DNA of 28,604 nt, taken from positions 1 through 28,604 of IMG/VR virus record IMGVR_UViG_3300020172_001485; one strand, written 5' to 3'. The position numbers and the translations under genes were made by a program. The stretch is from a virus. Taxonomy: Duplodnaviria; Caudoviricetes. The first letter of the stretch is position 1. Every line of letters begins with the position of its first letter. Shown here one piece after another: positions 1 through 8,482 of this stretch. The notes beneath the pieces were generated by a model. That model did no database searches. It was not told the origin of the DNA and saw only the letters and a list, made by a program, of their open reading frames with translations.

Positions 1-46
1 ACTTGGCCTCAACTTTATAGACCATCAAAGGATAAGAAAAAACCTG

Positions 47-256
47 ATGAACCTCCCAAAAAACTTTGAACAAACTTCTGACGAACCTTATGTTCGTCAC
101 GAATATAAGTTAGTTTATTCTAATGATCAGTCTGTTGTATTTGATAATTATGAGGATCTGAGGCGATCCTGGTGGGAAACACCAGAACAGTTTTTGAGTC
201 ACGTTGAAGTTTTGGATAAGAAAAAAAAGAAAACAAAAACCAAAGGATTTTCCTAA
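47..256 (+). CDS. hypothetical cyanophage protein (69 aa)
   Basis: ATG ORF; stop overlaps the next start (TAATG). Confidence 0.75.
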   Translation: MNLPKNFEQTSDEPYVRHEYKLVYSNDQSVVFDNYEDLRRSWWETPEQFLSHVEVLDKKKKKTKTKGFS

Positions 257-567
257 TGAGAAAGTATAATGAAGAGTATTTTTCAGTAATTGATAAAAAA
301 ACTGGAAAAAAACTATTGGATTGTGGTGATGAAATTGATGCCATTACCATGGTAAATTTTGCCCCACATAATCGCACTTATACTCGTAATAAATTTCTGA
401 TGGGCCAAGTTGTGGACATTGAAATGCCCAAGGCACTTCCTACAAATGAGATTGTTGATTTGGGTGGTAAGTGGGATGACCCTATTCCCCCTGGTGTTGA
501 CCCTTGGAATCTTGGAGGTAGAGGAAACAAACTTCCTGAAGGTCAAGGAGAACCTGTAAGAGTATAA
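256..567 (+). CDS. hypothetical cyanophage protein (103 aa)
   Basis: ATG ORF coupled to the previous gene. Confidence 0.75.
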   Translation: MRKYNEEYFSVIDKKTGKKLLDCGDEIDAITMVNFAPHNRTYTRNKFLMGQVVDIEMPKALPTNEIVDLGGKWDDPIPPGVDPWNLGGRGNKLPEGQGEPVRV

Positions 568-675
568 GAAATCAAATCCAAAATTAGCCTTTGGCTTCAT
601 TTTGACCCTAAAAAATTTCCCGGTAAAAAATGACTCCATAGGATTTTCCTATATAATATCTGATGTTGTGTTTTT

Positions 676-831
676 ATGCCAAAAAATCAGTTGTTGAAAG
701 ATGAGTTTAAAGTTAGAGTTATGAAATTGAAACATCAACTCCAATCTGAACATAAGTATCCTGGAGAAAAAGAACTTGCCAATAAGTACTTAGATGAAGT
801 ATTATTCATTATTGATCAATATTCTAGATGA
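676..831 (+). CDS. small hypothetical protein (51 aa, MPKNQLLKDEFKVRVMKLKH...IDQYSR)
   Basis: Read by hand, below the ORF-track cutoff; fills the gap and ends 3 nt before the next ATG. Confidence 0.7.
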   Translation: MPKNQLLKDEFKVRVMKLKHQLQSEHKYPGEKELANKYLDEVLFIIDQYSR

Positions 832-834
832 GTT

Positions 835-1158
835 ATGACTCTACCACAACAAGAACACAACTCTCTAATTGCTACTAGAGAGTTTCTAGTTGATTTAATG
901 GATTCCAAAAAAATTCCTGGAGTTCCAGAAAAAGTTAGGTTATCTGCCAGAGCTCTTCTGAAACACTATCCAATGCGTCATAAAATTGATGAACTTTATT
1001 CTGGGAATACATTTTCAGAATATGTCCCATCCAATAAATCTGATATTACTGAAGAAGAATGGGAAAATAATAATAGAATCTATAACAATAATCAAACTTG
1101 GGAAACTCCAGGATTTAAATGGAAAACTGAGGTTGAGTTTGTTCCTGCAGAGTCGTAA
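835..1158 (+). CDS. BPSL0761-family-like protein
   Basis: N-terminus MTLPxxE...TREFL..L...P.VP..VR..AR.LLKHYP matches my recollection of this family. Confidence 0.6.
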   Translation: MTLPQQEHNSLIATREFLVDLMDSKKIPGVPEKVRLSARALLKHYPMRHKIDELYSGNTFSEYVPSNKSDITEEEWENNNRIYNNNQTWETPGFKWKTEVEFVPAES

Positions 1159-1166
1159 GACTCTTT
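1149..1166 (+). other. GNRA-tetraloop hairpin immediately 5' of the tRNA
   Basis: AGAGTC-GTAA-GACTCT followed by TT; the loop contains the stop codon of 835..1158. Confidence 0.55.
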
Positions 1167-1168
1167 AC

Positions 1169-1239
1169 GGGGAATTAGTTAAACGGTATAACGGGTGCTT
1201 TGCAAGCACTTATTAGGAGTTCGATTCTCCTATTCTCCA
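1169..1239 (+). tRNA. trnA: tRNA-Ala (anticodon UGC); CCA not encoded
   Basis: Acceptor GGGGAAT/ATTCTCC with the G3:U70 Ala identity pair and discriminator A; D stem GTTA/TAAC; anticodon arm GGTGC-TTTGCAA-GCACT; T arm AGGAG-TTCGATT-CTCCT. Confidence 0.95.
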
Positions 1240-1242
1240 TTC

Positions 1243-1270
1243 TTGACAAATAGGCTAAATAACTTATAAT
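1243..1270 (+). promoter_or_regulatory. sigma70-type promoter with a late-promoter-like CTAAATA in the spacer
   Basis: TTGACA(1243-1248)-16 nt-TATAAT(1265-1270). Confidence 0.7.
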
Positions 1271-1293
1271 TACTAGGTGTTTAGTATTCGTTT

Positions 1294-1467
1294 ATGAAAG
1301 TTCCTAACAAATCTGAATTGATGCATCTTCGCCTTCAAGCTTTTATGCGTGAATTTAGATGTGATGATATTGAATATATTGGGATAAAGAAAGGAGAACA
1401 TTATTATCGAATTGCTGATCACGAAGTACCAGTATCATCTATCGAAGATTTAGAGGAAGTATCATGA
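1294..1467 (+). CDS. small hypothetical protein (57 aa, MKVPNKSELMHLRLQAFMRE...)
   Basis: Read by hand; follows the promoter; ATGA overlap with the next gene. Confidence 0.75.
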   Translation: MKVPNKSELMHLRLQAFMREFRCDDIEYIGIKKGEHYYRIADHEVPVSSIEDLEEVS

Positions 1468-1661
1468 CAAAGCCTTATTTCATTTACGATGCAGAGTCAA
1501 AACGAGACAAATGGAATCGAGGATTGGACTTGTTTATTGAAAGTGTACATAAACCTGATAACGAATTGAGACAAGCTGCTCATGATCAAAAATGTTTCCA
1601 TGAACTTATGGATGTTAGAGAAACAGTTTTGGAATATCTAAAAACAATTCGTTGGGAGTGA
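1464..1661 (+). CDS. hypothetical cyanophage protein (65 aa)
   Basis: GAGG RBS; ATGA overlap. Confidence 0.8.
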   Translation: MTKPYFIYDAESKRDKWNRGLDLFIESVHKPDNELRQAAHDQKCFHELMDVRETVLEYLKTIRWE

Positions 1662-1662
1662 T

Positions 1663-1905
1663 ATGGAATACTACTATATTTGGTTTTTTTTATTTGCAGT
1701 AACTGCATATTTTATTGTAACTGATAGTAGTGTAGCACAGGCAGTTTATTATTTTAGTAAACTTTTAAAGTTTCAATATGGAAAAACCAAGTGGTGGTTA
1801 TTGAATAATCCTCGCAACCCCATAGTAAAATATTTAATGTGGAGACGAGCAATGAAACTTGCAAAAGAGTTGGAAAAAGAATTTAAAAAAACTAATGACA
1901 GTTAA
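1663..1905 (+). CDS. small membrane protein (80 aa)
   Basis: GGAG RBS; hydrophobic N-terminus. Confidence 0.75.
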   Translation: MEYYYIWFFLFAVTAYFIVTDSSVAQAVYYFSKLLKFQYGKTKWWLLNNPRNPIVKYLMWRRAMKLAKELEKEFKKTNDS

Positions 1906-3175
1906 ATTAATATGTTTTGAACCTTGGAGAGGAAAGTTCATAACAAAATATGATAGTGGATTTGGGGATAGGATGAGGTTTTGGGAATTAGCCCATTATC
2001 TTTCTACAATTATTGATAATATGGAAATAATCGTAGAAGAAAAATATTGGCCAGAATTATTGTTGCTTGATTTTCCAAACACCACCTCAGAAAATATTTC
2101 TTCACTAAGATTATCCGAAAATCAATTAATACCGATTAGTTATCAAGAAGTTAAAAATATTATAATAACAAAAAATAGTGAATTATTAAATTCATCTGGT
2201 GATAACTATTATTATTTTAATTTTTTGATGCCTGACATTCCTAATATATTTTACGGAACAAATATACCATATGATCTTGCTATTCATAATGCAGTATCAA
2301 AGATTAAACTGAAAATACCAGAAGCTTCTGATTATATGCAACAACAATTTTCCGATTATTGTTGCATACATCTTAGAAGAGGTAATGGAACATTTCCTAC
2401 CTTAAAATTTTTAAGTGAAATACGACAATTCTTACCATCAGAAGTTGTGCGTTCCTATTGGAACGAATTTCATCGGAGTAGAATAGGCAATTCCATAAAG
2501 TCTAGGGAGTATAAGTATTTTGATTCTATGATAGAAAGAGATACTGATACAGAAGATAAAAATTTATCCTATATTCAGACGATTCAAGGAAAATCTGCTG
2601 AAACTGTCCTTAGAGATTTTACCTGGGTAAATGAATATAAAATTATACCTGATTCCGATTATTTTAATTTAATTGTCAATTTCATTTTAAAAGAAAATCC
2701 GGATCAAAAAATTCATATAAGTTCTGATATTCCTAAACAATATTACTCACATTACTATGACAATTTTCCCCATAATATTGTAGATAAAACTTTTCATTTT
2801 GAAATGTTTTTAAAATTTTATGAAGGCAAACTTGATTCTGAAAAACTAAGAAAAAAATATTCAATACCGATTGATAAAGTTTTTGAGAATGTGTTTGATT
2901 TAATGGTGGGATTTCATTCAAAAATAATAGTTAAAAGAATTTCTAACTGGAGTGAAATTTGTTCTCTTTATAAGAAGAAAAAAGTTATACACGCTAGTAG
3001 AATAACATCAACAAATTCTCTAGGGAATTGGATTTTTATGGACGCATATCCAGAGTTACCACTGCCGCCTGTGTCAAAATTAGCAGCGGCGGCTACAAGG
3101 CAACGTCCAATCGTGACTGATGAAATTTACTTTAAGGATGAAATAATTTATAATCAATATTATTCTCAAGGTTGA
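1895..3175 (+). CDS. fucosyltransferase-superfamily (GT11/GT23/O-FucT-like, GT-B) glycosyltransferase, paralog A (426 aa)
   Basis: Start moved to ATG 1895 to match the paralog; SGFGDRM, IHLRRGNG (cf. HxRRGD), KIHISSD and DLMVG..S...SNWS correspond to FucT motifs I-III. Confidence 0.65.
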   Translation: MTVKLICFEPWRGKFITKYDSGFGDRMRFWELAHYLSTIIDNMEIIVEEKYWPELLLLDFPNTTSENISSLRLSENQLIPISYQEVKNIIITKNSELLNSSGDNYYYFNFLMPDIPNIFYGTNIPYDLAIHNAVSKIKLKIPEASDYMQQQFSDYCCIHLRRGNGTFPTLKFLSEIRQFLPSEVVRSYWNEFHRSRIGNSIKSREYKYFDSMIERDTDTEDKNLSYIQTIQGKSAETVLRDFTWVNEYKIIPDSDYFNLIVNFILKENPDQKIHISSDIPKQYYSHYYDNFPHNIVDKTFHFEMFLKFYEGKLDSEKLRKKYSIPIDKVFENVFDLMVGFHSKIIVKRISNWSEICSLYKKKKVIHASRITSTNSLGNWIFMDAYPELPLPPVSKLAAAATRQRPIVTDEIYFKDEIIYNQYYSQG

Positions 3176-3179
3176 CATA

Positions 3180-4313
3180 ATGACAGTTAAATTAATATGT
3201 TTTGAACCTTGGAGGGGAGTGGGTATAACTCCATATGACAGTGGATTTGCAGATAGAATGAGACACTGGATTATAGCCCATAAGCTTTCTTTGATTATTA
3301 AAGATTTGCAAATAATCGTGGAAGAAAAATTTTGGCCAGAGTTATTATTACTTGATTTTCCAAATACTATTCCACAAAATGTCCATTCATTGAAATTATC
3401 TAAAGGCCAATTAATTCCTATTAGTTACGAAGAAGTTGAACAAATTATATCAACCGAAGATAATAATTTTTTAACTTCTTCTGATGAGGTTCATTATTAT
3501 TTTAATTTTTCTATACATCGTGTTAATGACATTTATATTAAACAAAACCTTAGATATGACTCTATAGCGCACGAAGCAATATCAAAAATAAAATTTAAAT
3601 TACCAATTGTTTCCGATTTTATGCAACGAGAATTTTCTGATTGTTGTTTCATACATTTGCGGAGAGGTAATGGAACATTTCCTACCTTAAAATTTTTAAG
3701 TGAAATGGAACGATTCTTATCAAAAGAAACTGTAGATTCTTATTGGAAAACCTTTCACTCTAATAGATTAGGTCATTCTATAAACTCAAAAGAATATAAG
3801 TATTTCGATTCTCTACTCGAAAAAAATACTGATAAAAAATATTTAAACTCTATTGGTGGTGATTCTGGTTGGGCAAATGATTATAAAATTACAGCTGATT
3901 CTGATTATTTTAATTTGATTATTAATATCATCTTTAAAGACAACTCAGATCAAAAAATTTATATAAGTTCAGATATTCCCCAAAAGTATTATTCATATTA
4001 TGATGATAATTTTCCACACAATGTAATAGATAAGACTTTTTATTTTGAAAAATTTTTAAATTTTTATACAAATGCACTTCCCGCAAAAAAATTTAACAAG
4101 AAATATTCAATTCCAATTTTTAAAGTTTTTGAAAACGTATTCGATTTAATGGTAGGATGTTATTCAGAAATCATAGTTAGATCCGGTTCTAATTGGAGTA
4201 AAATTGCTTCACTTTATAAAAAAAAGAAAATTATACAATCAAGTAGAATAACTTCAATCAATTCTTTGGAAGAGTGGACGTTTGTAGATCAAGATATTGA
4301 CTTTACGGACTAA
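3180..4313 (+). CDS. fucosyltransferase-superfamily glycosyltransferase, paralog B (377 aa)
   Basis: Colinear paralog of 1895..3175: SGFADRM, IHLRRGNG, KIYISSD, DLMVGCYSEIIVRSGSNWS. Confidence 0.65.
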   Translation: MTVKLICFEPWRGVGITPYDSGFADRMRHWIIAHKLSLIIKDLQIIVEEKFWPELLLLDFPNTIPQNVHSLKLSKGQLIPISYEEVEQIISTEDNNFLTSSDEVHYYFNFSIHRVNDIYIKQNLRYDSIAHEAISKIKFKLPIVSDFMQREFSDCCFIHLRRGNGTFPTLKFLSEMERFLSKETVDSYWKTFHSNRLGHSINSKEYKYFDSLLEKNTDKKYLNSIGGDSGWANDYKITADSDYFNLIINIIFKDNSDQKIYISSDIPQKYYSYYDDNFPHNVIDKTFYFEKFLNFYTNALPAKKFNKKYSIPIFKVFENVFDLMVGCYSEIIVRSGSNWSKIASLYKKKKIIQSSRITSINSLEEWTFVDQDIDFTD

Positions 4314-4347
4314 ACTCCGTATAATAAAGAAGATTCTTGAATTTAAT

Positions 4348-4593
4348 ATGACAATGGAACGTATTCTAAACCTTCGGAACGTTGCCTTTTTTGGACTTGC
4401 ACTTCTTATCGGTGGATCGGTTGGTTCTGCAGGTGGAACTTCTCGTGCAGTACAAGATACTTTGATTCTTTGTAATCAAAGACCTCATGAGTGTAAGTTT
4501 AAATATGATATTTTGATGTATGAGAAAGAAGGTAAAGTTCCATATACAAATCCGGTTCAACCCAAAACTCAACAAATTGTGGAAAAGAAATGA
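4348..4593 (+). CDS. hypothetical secreted/membrane protein
   Basis: Probable ATG 4348 or 4354; hydrophobic signal-like stretch VAFFGLALLIGG. Confidence 0.65.
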   Translation: MTMERILNLRNVAFFGLALLIGGSVGSAGGTSRAVQDTLILCNQRPHECKFKYDILMYEKEGKVPYTNPVQPKTQQIVEKK

Positions 4594-4844
4594 AAGACTT
4601 GAAAAAAATTAACTATTCATTTCGTGATATTAAAGAGGGTCATTATGTGAAATTTGTTGGTTGTACTAGGGAACAAGTCAATTGGGGAAATAATACCGAC
4701 CCCGAAAATCTTCTTGTTCCTGGTGGAGTCTACTACGTTCAACAACTGATTATAAAATCTTCCCATACTAAACTAATCCTTCGTGGTGTAGAAGGTAAAT
4801 TTAACAGCGTTTGTTTTGAATCAATGGGTAATGGCTCTTTCTGA
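4590..4844 (+). CDS. hypothetical phage protein (84 aa)
   Basis: ATGA overlap; QVNWGNNTDP...FNSVCFE. Confidence 0.75.
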   Translation: MKDLKKINYSFRDIKEGHYVKFVGCTREQVNWGNNTDPENLLVPGGVYYVQQLIIKSSHTKLILRGVEGKFNSVCFESMGNGSF

Positions 4845-5019
4845 AAAAGCTAAGATTTACTACAACGTTTGGTGTTGTGCTTATCGCAGACGATACCAAG
4901 CTAAAATAAAAGGAGATTGGAATCTCTACGATAGAGAACATTCCACACTTCTCATGTGTATTAAAATGAAAGACGCTAAGTGGACAAAGTTTGGTAGTGA
5001 CAAAACCTATCCTACATAA
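4831..5019 (+). CDS. hypothetical protein (62 aa)
   Basis: ATG 4831 in the tracked frame; tiles between neighbours. Confidence 0.65.
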   Translation: MALSEKAKIYYNVWCCAYRRRYQAKIKGDWNLYDREHSTLLMCIKMKDAKWTKFGSDKTYPT

Positions 5020-5021
5020 TC

Positions 5022-5342
5022 ATGGGACTGACCTTTAGACATATGCACAAACCCCTTTCTTGGCGTAATTGCCCTTCATGTAGATACAGTTTAGTAGATG
5101 CTGAGATCTCTGATCCACTTAAACATACCTGTGAACCTGGTGCATTTCATTCCAAACTTTTAGGTGGTCGTAACCCAGAAACTTTAGAAATGGAATATTG
5201 GAAGTGTCCAGAATGCAACTCAGTTTTTCCTGCAGAGACACGTCCCGTAATCCACACAATGTCTGATGTCTACTTGACAAAGACGTTACCATCTAGTAAT
5301 ATAGAGGACAAGAAACGGAGCTTCAAAAAGGATGAGGTGTAA
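5022..5342 (+). CDS. putative zinc-ribbon protein (106 aa)
   Basis: Two CxxC pairs (CPSC, CPEC). Confidence 0.65.
   Translation: MGLTFRHMHKPLSWRNCPSCRYSLVDAEISDPLKHTCEPGAFHSKLLGGRNPETLEMEYWKCPECNSVFPAETRPVIHTMSDVYLTKTLPSSNIEDKKRSFKKDEV
5274..5302 (+). promoter_or_regulatory. sigma70-type (early) promoter
   Basis: TTGACA-17 nt-TAATAT upstream of ATG 5332. Confidence 0.55.
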
Positions 5343-5475
5343 AGTTCAACTCTATGTTGCTGGTAAAGTCTTTGATGAGATTGTTGAGGCTAGAGATTAT
5401 AAAGAAGCAAGGGAAGTTGCTCTTGCACGGAATCCAAATGCAAAAGTAATGGGAGTCACCGCTACGTTCAAATGA
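5332..5475 (+). CDS. small cyanophage protein (47 aa, MRCKVQLYVAGKVFDEIVEARDY...)
   Basis: Read by hand; ATGA overlap with the next gene. Confidence 0.8.
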   Translation: MRCKVQLYVAGKVFDEIVEARDYKEAREVALARNPNAKVMGVTATFK

Positions 5476-5681
5476 AAAACAAAAAACATCAAGTTAAGTC
5501 TAGATGGTATTACATCTTCTGGGGTATCTGTGCTGTCTCTGTAGTTGGCGGACAGATTTATGTTGGAACTGGATATCGTGATATGGCTGAAGCCACTAAA
5601 GACACCTCCATTAATGTTACATGTATTCCTGAATATACGACATCCTCAGTAAAATCTAATAAGAAACGGGAGTTTGAATGA
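5472..5681 (+). CDS. small membrane protein (69 aa)
   Basis: Basic N-terminus plus one hydrophobic helix; ATGA overlaps at both ends. Confidence 0.75.
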   Translation: MKNKKHQVKSRWYYIFWGICAVSVVGGQIYVGTGYRDMAEATKDTSINVTCIPEYTTSSVKSNKKREFE

Positions 5682-5875
5682 TGGTTTCTATTTTTGACTT
5701 GTTTCATGATGAACGTCGTTATGCTTGGGTGGTAGATAAACGTTACGATTGGATTAACATGCTTCACAAGATGCAAAAGAATAATCCACGACGTTTCAAA
5801 GAGTTTAAATATTCACAAGAAACTATCTATCATTACCTAGATAGAATACAACAAGAACAAAATATGGATGATTGA
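5678..5875 (+). CDS. hypothetical protein (65 aa)
   Basis: GGAG RBS; ATGA overlap. Confidence 0.7.
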   Translation: MMVSIFDLFHDERRYAWVVDKRYDWINMLHKMQKNNPRRFKEFKYSQETIYHYLDRIQQEQNMDD

Positions 5876-5879
5876 CTAA

Positions 5880-6866
5880 ATGGACAAAAAAATTATTAGA
5901 GTAACTCAAGTAGATGAAACTCTAATGCAGTTAACTTGGGTCATTAATAATATTTGCAATAATAAATGTTCATATTGTAATTCAGATTTGAACTCTGGCA
6001 TAGGTCATCATTATAGTTGGGAAAATGCTAAAAAATTTTTAGAACAGTTATTTGAAAGATATCCAAAAATTCATTGTTCAGTTAGTGGAGGTGAGCCCAG
6101 TCTTAGCCCTTTCTTACCAGAATTAACGAGTATGTTTAATTCTTCTGGTAATAGTATCGGTTTGACGAGTAATGCATTTAAACCTATAGAATATTGGGAA
6201 AAACTTTCGAAAGATGTGTATTACATTTGTTTCTCATATCATCCAGAATTTCCTGTTAAAAATTTTAGAGAAAAAGTAATTGCTTCTAGTCTTAATACTT
6301 TTGTGACCGTAAGAATTATGATGCTCCCATCTATGTGGGATCATTGCGTAGAGGTATTTAATTCTTTTAAAGATATTTCTACAATTTACATAGAACCAGT
6401 TAGAATTTTAGACTGGGGAGGTATCAATAGAGAAGCGCATGTTTATTCTGAAGAACAATTGGATTGGTTTGAAACTGAAGAAGCTATAGAAGCATCATCG
6501 GGTAGAAGATCCATGTTTCATTTAGTGGAAATAAAAGAACCAGTAAAGTTGGGAGCTACATATGAACTAGACGATAAATCTATTGTATCGTGTGGAGATG
6601 CAAATCCAGTTCAATTCATCAATCATGGTATGACTAATTTTCAAGGTTATACTTGTGAAATAGGACTGAAAAGTTTGTTTGTACATTATGATGGTAAAAT
6701 ACAAATGGCAAATTGTCAGGTCGGTGAATTTATTGGAGAAATAGAAGATATGAATAATATTAAGTGGCCAACCAAACCAATTATTTGCAATAAAACTTTG
6801 TGTCATTGTGCTACTGATGTTGGCATTAATAAATGGGCACCAAATTACATGACTCTTGGTGAATAA
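5880..6866 (+). CDS. radical SAM enzyme with C-terminal Twitch/SPASM-like Cys cluster
   Basis: CNNKCSYC (CxxxCxxC), SGGEP, LTSN; C-terminal CEIG...ANC...CNKTLCHC. Confidence 0.9.
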   Translation: MDKKIIRVTQVDETLMQLTWVINNICNNKCSYCNSDLNSGIGHHYSWENAKKFLEQLFERYPKIHCSVSGGEPSLSPFLPELTSMFNSSGNSIGLTSNAFKPIEYWEKLSKDVYYICFSYHPEFPVKNFREKVIASSLNTFVTVRIMMLPSMWDHCVEVFNSFKDISTIYIEPVRILDWGGINREAHVYSEEQLDWFETEEAIEASSGRRSMFHLVEIKEPVKLGATYELDDKSIVSCGDANPVQFINHGMTNFQGYTCEIGLKSLFVHYDGKIQMANCQVGEFIGEIEDMNNIKWPTKPIICNKTLCHCATDVGINKWAPNYMTLGE

Positions 6867-6869
6867 TTT

Positions 6870-7043
6870 ATGGTAATTTCTACTGGTGAAAAGTTTCCTT
6901 ATCCAAATTTTTCTTTCCGACTCGAATTGAAGGAAGGAAAAGAAAATCGAATTTGTTGGTTTGAATGTCAAGAACATGTAAATAGATACTTAACACGACA
7001 TAAACTCAAAAAGAAAGATTATGTTCTAATGATTAGGGAATGA
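6870..7043 (+). CDS. small cyanophage protein (57 aa, MVISTGEKFPYPNFSFRLE...ICWFEC)
   Basis: Read by hand; ATGA overlap with 7040. Confidence 0.75.
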   Translation: MVISTGEKFPYPNFSFRLELKEGKENRICWFECQEHVNRYLTRHKLKKKDYVLMIRE

Positions 7044-7258
7044 GTATGCAAGAATTTGAATGGATTGACGATTGTTTCCGAGTGGAAGAAAAGAGGTGGG
7101 GAACTTGGACTTCCTATGACAAAGAAGGAAAAGAACTTCTTACTTCTCTTCATAAAGAACTCTGTATTTCTGCAACTCGTTGGTATTTGAAAGCCAAACA
7201 AGAAGGGTTCGTTGAAAACTCTGTTAAATATGAGGGGGTTGTAGGAGGTAAACTCTGA
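7040..7258 (+). CDS. hypothetical cyanophage protein (72 aa)
   Basis: ATG ORF coupled on both sides; ends YEGVVGGKL. Confidence 0.8.
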   Translation: MSMQEFEWIDDCFRVEEKRWGTWTSYDKEGKELLTSLHKELCISATRWYLKAKQEGFVENSVKYEGVVGGKL

Positions 7259-7524
7259 TGTACATTCCACAGGTTAACGATTATGTTATCTGGAATGATG
7301 GAAAAGGTGTAGAAGGTTGGGTTTATTTTAAAGATGAAAAATATGTCACAATTGAGGTATGTGTAAGACCTAAAGATTACATCAATTATGAAGCATGTTC
7401 AATACACCGTAATGAAAGACTTCTAGTATTATGTTATCACAGTCAATGGAAAGAATTAATGTATGTTAGATCAAGAGAATCAGTACATGAAGAAACACAA
7501 GACTCTATGGCGTTGGTGGGCTAA
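7258..7524 (+). CDS. hypothetical cyanophage protein (88 aa)
   Basis: GGAGGT RBS; TGATG overlap. Confidence 0.8.
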   Translation: MYIPQVNDYVIWNDGKGVEGWVYFKDEKYVTIEVCVRPKDYINYEACSIHRNERLLVLCYHSQWKELMYVRSRESVHEETQDSMALVG

Positions 7525-7720
7525 AGCTCTTGGAGAGAAAGCATCTAAATGCGACCGAGAATCTGATACTGTTGCTCGCATACGCACCTTTATTTTTATT
7601 ACTTACTTGGTCACTAACTGTTTTATTGTGGCTGGGGTAATTCGACACTGGAACGATACTTCTCCAGTTATTTACATAGAAATCAAACAGGAAGATGGAT
7701 CACAACTCCCAGAAGCCTAG
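7487..7720 (+). CDS. small membrane protein (WRWWAKALGEK type)
   Basis: ATG 7487; one TM segment. Confidence 0.75.
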   Translation: MKKHKTLWRWWAKALGEKASKCDRESDTVARIRTFIFITYLVTNCFIVAGVIRHWNDTSPVIYIEIKQEDGSQLPEA

Positions 7721-7847
7721 CACTACTATACCACTTATTATTGTCTTAGTCATTCTCTTTTTGCTTGACTTGGCCATAATAGGTGGTATACTATATAAGG
7801 GACACGCAAATTTTACCGAATTATTTAAACATTTACATCATGGCTAA
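7695..7847 (+). CDS. small single-pass membrane protein (50 aa, MDHNSQKPSTTIPLIIVLVILFLLDLAIIGGILY...)
   Basis: Read by hand; long hydrophobic stretch; fills the gap. Confidence 0.6.
   Translation: MDHNSQKPSTTIPLIIVLVILFLLDLAIIGGILYKGHANFTELFKHLHHG
7765..7792 (+). promoter_or_regulatory. possible sigma70 promoter with extended -10
   Basis: TTGACT-16 nt-TATACT preceded by TGn; lies inside a CDS. Confidence 0.4.
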
Positions 7848-7992
7848 AAGAACTTATACTCTCGAAAAGAAAGATCCTACACACACTCAAGTATGGGAAT
7901 GGAATGAAACTCCAGAATTGGTTAAACTCCTTAAAGAACTACACTCAAACAAGTCCACATCCAGCACTGGACCCAACAACTCCGTGGTATGA
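7840..7992 (+). CDS. small hypothetical protein (50 aa)
   Basis: ATG 7840 in the tracked frame; overlaps the next ORF by 89 nt. Confidence 0.55.
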   Translation: MAKRTYTLEKKDPTHTQVWEWNETPELVKLLKELHSNKSTSSTGPNNSVV

Positions 7993-8104
7993 TTGGTTGT
8001 GTTATTGCGAAATCTGTGAAAGTTTAGGTCCCATTCCAGGGCAACCTTCTCTTCGCAGATTTATGGCATATAGAAGATATCTCAAAGAAGTAGGTGTACT
8101 ATGA
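7904..8104 (+). CDS. hypothetical cyanophage protein with CxxC (66 aa)
   Basis: DPTTPWYDWLCYCEIC; ATGA overlap with 8101. Confidence 0.7.
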   Translation: MKLQNWLNSLKNYTQTSPHPALDPTTPWYDWLCYCEICESLGPIPGQPSLRRFMAYRRYLKEVGVL

Positions 8105-8316
8105 TTGCAACAAATTGGTTTCAACGAAAATGGGGTCTTGAAGATCCTATTTTGATTGATGAACTTTATAGTAGAATGGTAGAACTGGAACAACGTGTTA
8201 AAGTTCTTGAGGAAGAAAATGTGGAAACTACTAATGAATTATATCGTCTAGAAAACTCTCTTGATGCTCGTATAGATATTATTGCTGAACGTTGTAGGAT
8301 TGAATACGATGTATGA
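8101..8316 (+). CDS. small coiled-coil protein (71 aa)
   Basis: RBS AGGT; heptad-like LEQRVKVLEEEN. Confidence 0.75.
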   Translation: MIATNWFQRKWGLEDPILIDELYSRMVELEQRVKVLEEENVETTNELYRLENSLDARIDIIAERCRIEYDV

Positions 8317-8482
8317 TCTGGATGACTTTGAACGGGCCCTTGCTCACTTCGGTACAAGAGTTGACATCATCATTGCGCTTGAATTGGGCGGGAAGATTGA
8401 TTCTCTCTCTGCTTACAAGGAAATCAAAACAGAACTTAAGGAACTTAAACGAGCAAAAAAACAATACGGTAAGGACCTGTAG
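8309..8482 (+). CDS. hypothetical cyanophage protein (57 aa)
   Basis: ATG 8309 preceded by AGGA. Confidence 0.75.
   Translation: MYDLDDFERALAHFGTRVDIIIALELGGKIDSLSAYKEIKTELKELKRAKKQYGKDL

Noticed and set aside
986-1216. 76-aa plus-strand ORF
   Set aside because: Overlaps 835..1158 out of frame and runs into the tRNA
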